Positions 53,067 to 61,189 of a stretch of DNA of 64,000 nucleotides are shown here, in pieces. Under the pieces are notes generated by a model, which was not told the DNA's origin, ran no database searches, and worked only from the letters and a program-made list of their open reading frames with translations. The DNA is from an uncultured bacterium (GTDB taxonomy: Bacteria; Patescibacteriota; Microgenomatia; Levybacterales; UBA12049). The DNA is taken from positions 576,809 through 640,808 of the forward strand of contig CAWGXL010000011.1 of NCBI GenBank assembly GCA_963826535.1, in the 5' to 3' direction. A program made the position numbers and the translations under genes. How positions within the stretch are numbered: position 1 is the first letter of the stretch; every line of letters begins with the position of its first letter.

Positions 53067-53848
53067 GGGAATGACGGTAAGTTTTTAATACTGATAACAA
53101 ATGAGACTGAGGGTATGCTTTTGAATTCGGGAAGAAACTTGATTACTTTTCCATAATTAAATGGCAGTGTCCAAACTCCTTTAAAGACTACTTGCAAACC
53201 GGCATTTTCAACCATTTTAAACACATTTTTTTGACTGATTGGTTTTTCAATTGGTTGATGCTTTATTTTAAATAAGAAAGTTACGGCATTATGAAAAAAC
53301 CAGGCAAACGGGATTGGAGGATGTTGATGCACTGTCAGAATTTGAATCTGTGAAATTCGCGCCATTTCATTGATTGCTAATTGTGGATCGGCAAAATGTT
53401 CCAGATTGCCGCTGGAAATGGCAATGTCAAAGGCGTTATCTTTAAACGGAAGAGCATGAGCATCAGCAAGAACCAGATATTTCGCACCATTTGTTTTCGC
53501 TTTTTTTAATGCTTTGAGCGAGAATTCTACTCCAACAGTATCCGATGCCATTTTTTCAATAATTCCTTCGCCGCAGGCAATATCAACAGTTTTATTGCCT
53601 CGGGCAATACTTGCCAGGATTTCATAGGAGCCGTCTGTTGGACCGCCAAATGTTTTTTTGTGCATGGAATCATAGAGTTTGGCTGAAGTTAGCGTTTTGG
53701 GGTGCTCAATATATAAAAAATCCCAAATACCACCCGTAAATTTAAAGGAAAATTTGCATTTCGTGCAAGTCCCTTTATTTTTTATTCCAATAATTGGTTT
53801 TTTACAGCGGGGACAAGCGAATAGGCTTTCTAAGTTGATTTTCGTCAT
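53054..53848 (-). CDS. Class I SAM-dependent methyltransferase with an N-terminal Trm112-like Zn-ribbon
   Basis: CPRCKKP...CTKCKF, VDIACGEGI and FDIAISSGNLEHF. Confidence 0.7.
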   Translation of the reverse strand: MTKINLESLFACPRCKKPIIGIKNKGTCTKCKFSFKFTGGIWDFLYIEHPKTLTSAKLYDSMHKKTFGGPTDGSYEILASIARGNKTVDIACGEGIIEKMASDTVGVEFSLKALKKAKTNGAKYLVLADAHALPFKDNAFDIAISSGNLEHFADPQLAINEMARISQIQILTVHQHPPIPFAWFFHNAVTFLFKIKHQPIEKPISQKNVFKMVENAGLQVVFKGVWTLPFNYGKVIKFLPEFKSIPSVSFVISIKNLPSFPRRG

Positions 53849-54759
53849 ATGTTTTTTGCATTAAGAGTTTGAGTCAAATGGGTAATGTTCCACCAAAGTC
53901 CTTTAAGAAATGGTACAAACTTTTTATCGTGCAGTATGATTAACCGGTACGGTGTTATAAGGAAGAGCTGGAATGAGAGGATGCTTATTTTGTTGATAAG
54001 GGGGAGGTTTTTTAGGGTGAAGCGGATCTTATTTTTGTACCATTGATAGTATTTTAATTGTTTGTTTTTATTTGCCGTTGTAGTTTCTCCATGCCAGAAA
54101 ATTGCAGTAGGAAGATATCTTACCGATAAGCCGGAATTTTTCACCCGCAGACAAAGGTCAACATCCTCAAAATATGCAAGTGAGAATCCTTCATCTAAAA
54201 GACCTATTTTTTTTAACACTTTTTTTGGTATTAACATAGCGCATCCTTGGACCCAATCAGGCTCATTAATTTTACCGGGAAAAGGGGCGCGGAAAATTTT
54301 ACCATTCCAAGTGTTCATCATATACCCGCATGATATGAGTTTTTTCGGGCTACTTTTTAAAAATATTTTTCCTCCAACTAAACCGACTGAGCGATGTTGT
54401 TCAATATATTCAACCATATTATTCAAACTATTTTTTTCAAATAAAATATCATCATTGCCTATAAAAATGTATTTTCCAGTAGATTTTTTAATCCCAATAT
54501 TAATTGCTTTTGCAAAGCCTAGATTTTTTTCCATTTTTATCAGTGTAACTTTTGGAAATTTCAATTTTATTTTTTTATCCGAACCATCAGTTGAATTATT
54601 ATCCACAATTATGACTTCAATTTTATTTTGGGGGTAGTTTAATTTATGGATTGATGTTAAGCATTCAATGGGTTCAAGACCACCATTAAATACTGGAAAG
54701 GTGATAGAGACAGTCGGGAATGATTTGTTATTTGGGGTAAAGTACGTTTTTTTGTTCAT
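53845..54759 (-). CDS. Glycosyltransferase family 2 (paralog of 40837..41781)
   Basis: VSITFPVFNG, IVDNNSTDGS, FAKAINIG, NDD. It has a 4-bp overlap with the downstream gene. Confidence 0.85.
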   Translation of the reverse strand: MNKKTYFTPNNKSFPTVSITFPVFNGGLEPIECLTSIHKLNYPQNKIEVIIVDNNSTDGSDKKIKLKFPKVTLIKMEKNLGFAKAINIGIKKSTGKYIFIGNDDILFEKNSLNNMVEYIEQHRSVGLVGGKIFLKSSPKKLISCGYMMNTWNGKIFRAPFPGKINEPDWVQGCAMLIPKKVLKKIGLLDEGFSLAYFEDVDLCLRVKNSGLSVRYLPTAIFWHGETTTANKNKQLKYYQWYKNKIRFTLKNLPLINKISILSFQLFLITPYRLIILHDKKFVPFLKGLWWNITHLTQTLNAKNI

Positions 54760-55555
54760 CTGAAAGCAATATTAGTATATCATTTTTAATTTGGAATATT
54801 GATTTACAACGTTTACAGATAAAGGTTTTTTTTTCTTTTTGGAAAGTGATATTGGGCTTGGAAGGACAATTGGGGCAGGCAAGATAATCCAGAAGATTTG
54901 AGGATTTAATATTACGCATTGAATCAGTTGAAAGATGGCAAAGCGCTCCGATGCCACCACCCAATAATTGAAGTAGAATGTTTTGAAAGTATGGGGGATT
55001 GAGCCATCTTTTTTTTCTGTTTTTTTGGCGGAAAATTATTCCTTTAAAGGGAAAAATTACGAGTTGTGCATGTACATTGGAGAATAGGTTCAAAGCCTTT
55101 TCCCAGGTTTTAATTGTAAAAGTTTCTTCAAGAATATTATTATCAACCTCACTTTTTCCAATTCTTGATATGAAATGGAGGATAATAAATACTTTGAGGA
55201 TTTTTTCAAACCAACGCAAATGAATATCGCGACGCCAGAGGTTTAAGTTAAAAATTTGACCAACAGGTTCTTCATTAAAATAGAAATACCCACCGGGAGC
55301 AAGAACTCTTTTAATTTCTTTTAATACCGGGTAAGGGTCGGGGAGATGGTGGAGGGTTTGGAATGTAAAGATAAACGGAATACTTCCGGTAATAAATGGC
55401 AAATTGTAAACGTCACAAACAACTCTAATAGGCATTTTCTTAAATTGCAATACTTTTTTATACTGTGGTGCTAATGCTAAAGTTTCGAAAGAGATGTCAG
55501 AGGTAAATCCTTCTAAGTTATAGTTATTGTTAAGTAGCATTGCTCCCTGTCCCAC
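54728..55555 (-). CDS. Class I SAM-dependent methyltransferase with a C-terminal Trm112-like Zn-ribbon. The annotated ATG truncates the fold: the open frame continues upstream to ~55860, includes motif I and has no ATG
   Basis: The upstream in-frame translation ...KKIVYPGEPSGSEYIEIVKERIKDYTGYFNKLKNKHIFQKGPYLELGAGVGQGAMLL contains the GxGxG motif I; the first ATG lies inside it. The C-terminus is CPNCPSKP...CKRCKS. Confidence 0.55.
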   Translation of the reverse strand: MGQGAMLLNNNYNLEGFTSDISFETLALAPQYKKVLQFKKMPIRVVCDVYNLPFITGSIPFIFTFQTLHHLPDPYPVLKEIKRVLAPGGYFYFNEEPVGQIFNLNLWRRDIHLRWFEKILKVFIILHFISRIGKSEVDNNILEETFTIKTWEKALNLFSNVHAQLVIFPFKGIIFRQKNRKKRWLNPPYFQNILLQLLGGGIGALCHLSTDSMRNIKSSNLLDYLACPNCPSKPNITFQKEKKTFICKRCKSIFQIKNDILILLSDEQKNVLYPK

Positions 55556-55874
55556 CCCTGCGCCAAGTTCCAGATAAGGCCCTTTCTGGAAAATATGTTT
55601 ATTTTTAAGCTTATTAAAGTATCCGGTATAATCTTTAATACGTTCTTTTACTATTTCTATATATTCTGAACCTGATGGTTCTCCGGGATAGACAATTTTT
55701 TTCCCACCGAATTGTCCCGCCAGTTTTTTCCTAAAGTCGACTTCGCCTTTTTTATTGTGATTTGATTGGGTTTGAATCTTAATAAAATGAAGTTTATCAT
55801 AATATATTGTCTTATGGTAGAATGATTTTGCATTATAGTTTACGCTTTTATGCGGAAAAAATTATTTTTATGTA

Positions 55875-55915
55875 CTGGATCCGCCAGCTGGCGAATGACC
55901 GCGTCAAACGCGGCT
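55875..55915. repeat. Degenerate palindromic-element copy (CTGGATCCGCCAGCTGGCGAATGACCGCGTCAAACGCGG) in the divergent promoter region
   Basis: CTGGAT...GAATGAC flanks with a GCCAGCTGGC stem, followed by a CCGCGTCAAACGCGG hairpin. Confidence 0.55.
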
Positions 55916-55938
55916 TCGCAACTGTGTAAGTCCTAATT

Positions 55939-57060
55939 ATGCAAGTGCTCCTTATCAGTCCAAAAGATCCCAAAGTTCCTTCCAATTTAAAGTTTCTTAT
56001 GGGTGGAGAAAATACTTATACACAATCTTTACTTTCTACACCACCTTCAGGGATTACTTATACGCATTTTATAGATGCTTTGGTAAAAGGGGATATAGAA
56101 TATTCTTTTTGGCAGAAAATTTTATCAAATTTAATAAAGTTTCGAATACTTCCCCTTGACAGCGGGTATCATTGCATAAAGCTAAATAAACGGTTTGATC
56201 TTATCTTTTGTCATGGATATAATTTGAAATTAAACGGTTCGATTCTGCCGCCAGTAGTATTGGGAGATAGTTCCAGCAACTATCTTTTTTTGAAAGACTA
56301 TTTAGGGTGGAAAGAGTCAAGGATACGGAGGCTATACGCAATAAGGAAAAAACTACATAGATATTTAGGAGTATTTGACCGCGATCTTAATCTGCAAAAT
56401 TGTTTTAAGCTGATTGTATTCTCTGAATTTGCTAAAAAATTACATGTTTCTCTTGGCGCAGACAGGAATAAAATCTCAGTTATTTATCCCGGTATACCGG
56501 TCCGGAGAATAAAGAAAAAGAAACAGATTAAAATAATACAAATATTTTTTGCAGGGGTTTGGTTTGAACGAAAGGGAGGAATGGTTCTATTGCATGCTTT
56601 TCAAATACTTAAAAAAAAGTATCCGAATATTCATCTTACTATTTTAGGTCCTATTCCGGAAGGTGTTTCTATCAATAAAAAGGAAATAACACAGATTGAT
56701 TTTGTTTCTTATGATAGGTTATTGAATGAGTTTTATCCTACGGCGGATATATTTGTTCTAGTTCCTCCCAAGGTTGAGGGTTTTGGGATGGTGGCTGTTG
56801 AAGCTGCGTCTTACGGCATACCAACTGTTGTTAGTAATGTTTGTGCTTTACCGGAAATTGTTGAGCAGGGAAAGACGGGATTCATTGTTGAGCGGAATAA
56901 TCCTCGCGAACTTGTAAAAGCGCTTGAAAAGCTTATTCAAAATCCGAGTTATAGGAAAAAGATGGGTGAAGCAGCCAGAAGACGATTTTTACAAAAATTT
57001 ACTACTGACATTATGAATAAACAACTCCTTCGTATTTACCGGACAGCTATTCGAAAATAA
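55939..57060 (+). CDS. Glycosyltransferase family 4
   Basis: FFAGVWFERKGG...TILGPIPE...FVLVPPKVEGFGMVAVEAASYGIPTV...GKTGFIVE. Confidence 0.85.
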   Translation: MQVLLISPKDPKVPSNLKFLMGGENTYTQSLLSTPPSGITYTHFIDALVKGDIEYSFWQKILSNLIKFRILPLDSGYHCIKLNKRFDLIFCHGYNLKLNGSILPPVVLGDSSSNYLFLKDYLGWKESRIRRLYAIRKKLHRYLGVFDRDLNLQNCFKLIVFSEFAKKLHVSLGADRNKISVIYPGIPVRRIKKKKQIKIIQIFFAGVWFERKGGMVLLHAFQILKKKYPNIHLTILGPIPEGVSINKKEITQIDFVSYDRLLNEFYPTADIFVLVPPKVEGFGMVAVEAASYGIPTVVSNVCALPEIVEQGKTGFIVERNNPRELVKALEKLIQNPSYRKKMGEAARRRFLQKFTTDIMNKQLLRIYRTAIRK

Positions 57061-57066
57061 GTAATA

Positions 57067-57882
57067 CTATTTTTGTTTAAATTTATATATTGTCCATAAT
57101 ACCCAAACTAAGGATTTATAACTCAGGAAAGTTGCTGTAAGTAGGGGATGTTTGATTAAATCTCGCCAGGAATGCAACCAAATAGAAGTGCGATAGAGAA
57201 AACTTTTTTGTTGAGAGAATGCCTTGGGGTATTTTTGGGCATAGTGGTGGATATAATGAATATAATACATTTCTTTTTGAAGGAGTTTTTTTAAACTGTT
57301 TCTTGCTTCATGATGATTAACGATGGTATTTTGGGGGATATGCAGTTTGAAGCCATTAGACAAGAAAGTTTGAGTTATTGCCCAATCTTCACCGGAGATT
57401 AGCGTTTCATCGTACCCGCCAAGTTGTAAGAATTCCTTTCGCGGAAAGAATCGGGCGGCAATTAGCCAGCGCGCGTTATTGTAGCAGTTTTTTTCGAGGC
57501 TCAATGCTTTGGTGAGAAATGTATAACCAATTGCTTTTTCTTTTATGGCAATGATTATAGGGGTTTGTTTTTTTTGTATTTGTGAAACCACTTCAGAAAC
57601 GACGTTATTTGATAATTCCATATCCGCGTCAATAAAAAGAAGCCACACGCCTTGAGCTTTCTTTGCTCCGGTATTCCGTTGGCTTGAGCGTTCATTGCCG
57701 GCAATGTAAACATTTTCGGTGAAGCGATGCGCCAGGACCACAGTTTTGTCTTGTGAATGATTATCAACCACTATGATCTCTATTTTCCCTTTATAGTTTT
57801 GGTTTTTTATTGATTGTAGACAGCGTACTATATTGCTTTCTTCGTTTTTGGTTGGGATTATGATTGAGACGAGAGGATGCAT
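57067..57882 (-). CDS. Glycosyltransferase family 2
   Basis: VSIIIPTKNEE, VVDNHSQDKT, FIDADM. Confidence 0.85.
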   Translation of the reverse strand: MHPLVSIIIPTKNEESNIVRCLQSIKNQNYKGKIEIIVVDNHSQDKTVVLAHRFTENVYIAGNERSSQRNTGAKKAQGVWLLFIDADMELSNNVVSEVVSQIQKKQTPIIIAIKEKAIGYTFLTKALSLEKNCYNNARWLIAARFFPRKEFLQLGGYDETLISGEDWAITQTFLSNGFKLHIPQNTIVNHHEARNSLKKLLQKEMYYIHYIHHYAQKYPKAFSQQKSFLYRTSIWLHSWRDLIKHPLLTATFLSYKSLVWVLWTIYKFKQK

Positions 57883-57884
57883 TG

Positions 57885-60119
57885 TTATTTTAGGGCATTA
57901 GTTATCAAATCCCAACTTTTTTGTGTGCTTTTTTCCCAGTTAAAATTTTTTGCCCATTTTTTTCCTTCATTGCTCATATTTTGATATAATTTCTTATCAG
58001 TAATTAGTTTGTTTATTCCATCGGCTAATGCTTTGCTGTTTTTTTCTACCAAAAGTCCGGTTTGATTATTTTTAATAGAATCTTTTAAACCAACGACATT
58101 ATATCCTACGGCAGGTGTGCCTACGGCGTTTGCTTCAATTACATTGAGCCCCCAGCCTTCTCTTATTGAGGGATGAACAAGTATCCATGCTTTCGCAAGT
58201 AATTTGTTTTTGTAAGTTTCAGACACGAAGCCGAAAAGCGACACATTTTTTTCTAATTTTTTATTTACTATAATATTTTTAATTTTAGCGAGATATTTTT
58301 CGTTTATTGCTTTGCCAACTACCCACAATTTAGCGGTAGAGTTTATTTGTAAGACTGAAGATAAGGCTTTTATTGCATCTTCTATGCCTTTATCAGGAGA
58401 AATTTGGGCAAGATAAATCAGAATTGGATTTTTTTCTTTTTTATATTCTCTGCCCCTGTCTCGGCCTCCGGCCTCCGACCCATGGTTAATTATGTTAATT
58501 CTTTTTTTGTCGATATTATACTTTATTAGTTCTTCGGCGATTGATTCAGAACTTGTTATGAATGGTACTTTTTTGTAGGGAATGAAAAACAGCGGTTCAA
58601 CCAGATATCCTAGTAGACTTAGCGGGAAAAATGCATTTTTAAACCAGGCATTTTTGGCAGGTTCATTGATAAGTGCAATAATTTTATCGGTTTTTTCGTA
58701 GAGAAACGAGAAAAAGGGTAAAAAGTGAAAGCTATCAATAATCAGATCAACATGGCCAAATTTTTTTTGGATGTAATATGCATATGCCCAGAGGTGTACC
58801 GTATAGTGAGTGCCCTTCCGGATTATTTTTATTCCATTAATTTCTTCATTGTTTAACGCGTTATTAAACTTTGAGGCAAACCACTTTACATTTGCGCCAT
58901 TTTTCGCCCAGAATTTGGCGTGTTCTAAAAGTGAGATTTCAGCACCTCCTGCCAGGGGGTGCTTGGGGTCGCGCCAATTCAGTATTACGATATTCTTGTG
59001 GTAAGGCATGATATTTGAATCATATTTTTTGCGGGTTTTTTCGTCTCTTACCGTCGTAATTGTGTTTGGGAAAATCGCATGCATTACCTCATTCACTGTA
59101 ATCATTTCCATCCCACCCACTGCATCTTTTGGAACATATCTTTTTAAATCATATCTATACCATGGTTTACTTTCCTTTGACCTAATCAGTGTTACTAATT
59201 TTTTATTGTATGGTAAACTCCATTTTTCATTGGTTGATGCCCATAATGTGATTATTTTTTTATTTAGAGCTACTGCTAAATGTCCGAAGCCATTATCATT
59301 ACAAATTAGTAGATTTACCTGGTTTAGCAGGCCAAGCGCATCATTAAATTTAAGGTTATTGATTAATTTACAATTATTAGGGTTATTTACTAATGTGTGT
59401 AATTTTTTGCCTACATCTATCTCGTCAGGGCCGCTGAATATCAGCACTTTTTTCTTTTTTTGAACAATCAGGAATTTAATTATTTGTGCGTAGTTCTCAA
59501 CCGGCCAACGTCTCAATAGGGCGGCAGGGGATTTGGTCGAGCCCGGATGGATGCCGATAATATCATTTTGACGCCAGCCCAATTGAGCTATTTGTTTTTC
59601 TCCAAAGTTAATGTCAGTTTTATTTAATTTAAAATCATATTTTATTTCTTCTTTTATTATTTCCTTCCTCCAATCTATATTAAATGCCTTCAACATGTTT
59701 AAATTGTTAAACATATTGTGTACTTTTTCATCAACAGTAATTAAATCCGTATCAAGAAAATTGCATTCTGAATGATATCCAGTTTGAAACCTATGAGCTA
59801 TTCTTTTTTTTGCTCCGATAAGCCATTGAGCTATGTGATATTCACGCCGGTACGAGGGAAAAATTAACATTGACACGTCATATTTATTTTTTCGTAAAGA
59901 TACAAGTTGGATTAAGCCTTTCGATGGATTTTCGTTGTATAGGGATAGTTTATATACATGGTCGACATTTTTGTTATTTGCAAATATATATCTCACCCCT
60001 TCAAACATACAAGCTATATCAATTGCGATCTCAGGTTTTTTCTTTTTGAGTAAGCTTATCATTGGCGTAGCCATCAGTGCATCTCCGATAGCAGGTAAAC
60101 AAAGTATAAGTACTTTCAT
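57885..60119 (-). CDS. Fusion of a GT9 ADP-heptose heptosyltransferase domain (N-terminal) and a GT4 glycosyltransferase domain (C-terminal)
   Basis: N-terminal MKVLILCLPAIGDALMATPMISLLKKKKPEIAIDIA (the GT9 k.L.ir...iGD.vl.tP block) and ...LICNDNGFGHLAVAL. C-terminal half with LAGGAEISLLEHAKFWAKNGANV (GT4 N-terminal domain) and ...HPSIREGWGLNVIEANAVGTPAVGYN...TGLLVE. Confidence 0.7.
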   Translation of the reverse strand: MKVLILCLPAIGDALMATPMISLLKKKKPEIAIDIACMFEGVRYIFANNKNVDHVYKLSLYNENPSKGLIQLVSLRKNKYDVSMLIFPSYRREYHIAQWLIGAKKRIAHRFQTGYHSECNFLDTDLITVDEKVHNMFNNLNMLKAFNIDWRKEIIKEEIKYDFKLNKTDINFGEKQIAQLGWRQNDIIGIHPGSTKSPAALLRRWPVENYAQIIKFLIVQKKKKVLIFSGPDEIDVGKKLHTLVNNPNNCKLINNLKFNDALGLLNQVNLLICNDNGFGHLAVALNKKIITLWASTNEKWSLPYNKKLVTLIRSKESKPWYRYDLKRYVPKDAVGGMEMITVNEVMHAIFPNTITTVRDEKTRKKYDSNIMPYHKNIVILNWRDPKHPLAGGAEISLLEHAKFWAKNGANVKWFASKFNNALNNEEINGIKIIRKGTHYTVHLWAYAYYIQKKFGHVDLIIDSFHFLPFFSFLYEKTDKIIALINEPAKNAWFKNAFFPLSLLGYLVEPLFFIPYKKVPFITSSESIAEELIKYNIDKKRINIINHGSEAGGRDRGREYKKEKNPILIYLAQISPDKGIEDAIKALSSVLQINSTAKLWVVGKAINEKYLAKIKNIIVNKKLEKNVSLFGFVSETYKNKLLAKAWILVHPSIREGWGLNVIEANAVGTPAVGYNVVGLKDSIKNNQTGLLVEKNSKALADGINKLITDKKLYQNMSNEGKKWAKNFNWEKSTQKSWDLITNALK

Positions 60120-61189
60120 ATTTTTTGGGTTATTTTAGCAGCTTCTAATAAATCTATTGCATAATAGTCTGGTTCGAGTTTTAAAACTTTGGGCAATTTT
60201 TCTCCAAGTTTAATAGTTTTTACGTTTGCTTCTCTGCCTGCAATTATGTCATTCGGATCATCTCCGACAATCCAGCTATCCTGTAAGCTAATTTTATATT
60301 CCTTTACCGCTTGTAGAAGCAATCCTATATTTGGTTTTCTACAGTTACATTTTTTATCCGGAGAATGGGGGCAGTAATAAACTTTATTTATTGTTATATT
60401 GTCTTTTTTGAATTTATCCAGCATCCAATTATTTAATAAATGGAAATCTTTTTCAGTGTAATATCCTCTTCCAATCCCGCTTTGATTGCTAATTATAAAT
60501 AGCTTGTAATTAGTAAGCGAAAGTAATTTGAGTGCCTTTATTGAATTTGGAGTAAAATTAAAATTTTTTATTTTATGAATATATCCATTCTTGTTTTCAT
60601 TAATTGTACCATCTCTATCTAAAAAAATTGCCCTTTTAGCGGGTTGATCGTAACTCTCACGTATTTTATTTAAGATGTTTGTAGTGGATTTTCCTTTTAC
60701 CCATTTTAATACATGAATTTTTCCACCGTTACTTTCTACTACTTCTCTTTCTATACAATTTCTTCCCCAATCAGATCCATTGCAATGAACAATGGGTTTT
60801 ATTTTATTGAGTATCTCTTTCGGGTTGATTTCATCGAAAATAGTCACATAATCAACACATTCGAGGGCTGCAAGAATCTGCGCGCGTTCGGTTTCGTGAA
60901 AGATTGGCCTGCTTGGTCCTTTGTATTTTTTAATAGAGATATTACTATTGAGGAGAATTATTAATATATCACCCTGGTTTTTTGCTTCTTCAATTGAATG
61001 GATATGTCCTGTATGAATAAGGTCGAATCCGCCATTATATGTAACAATTTGTTTATCTTTTTTTTTCAGTTCCTCTACAATTTTTAAAATTTGCCAATGC
61101 GATTTAATTTTTGAGTTCATTGATGTCAACTTTTCTACTTTTTTCAATACGGTAGGTATCTGCTTCCAAATGTTGGGTACTGACTTCAA
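60116..61189 (-). CDS. hldC: Fusion of D-glycero-beta-D-manno-heptose-1-phosphate adenylyltransferase (RfaE/HldE domain II, HldC-like) and D,D-heptose-1,7-bisphosphate phosphatase (GmhB, HAD-IIIA). The likely true start is the internal Met near 61120
   Basis: VTYNGGFDLIHTGHIHSIEEAKNQGDILIILLNSNISIKKYKGPSRPI (cytidylyltransferase HxGH block of HldE-II); then FLDRDGTIN (DxDGT), ISNQSGIGRGYY and CPHSPDKKCNCRKP (the GmhB Zn-binding block). Confidence 0.75.
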   Translation of the reverse strand: MKSVPNIWKQIPTVLKKVEKLTSMNSKIKSHWQILKIVEELKKKDKQIVTYNGGFDLIHTGHIHSIEEAKNQGDILIILLNSNISIKKYKGPSRPIFHETERAQILAALECVDYVTIFDEINPKEILNKIKPIVHCNGSDWGRNCIEREVVESNGGKIHVLKWVKGKSTTNILNKIRESYDQPAKRAIFLDRDGTINENKNGYIHKIKNFNFTPNSIKALKLLSLTNYKLFIISNQSGIGRGYYTEKDFHLLNNWMLDKFKKDNITINKVYYCPHSPDKKCNCRKPNIGLLLQAVKEYKISLQDSWIVGDDPNDIIAGREANVKTIKLGEKLPKVLKLEPDYYAIDLLEAAKITQKI

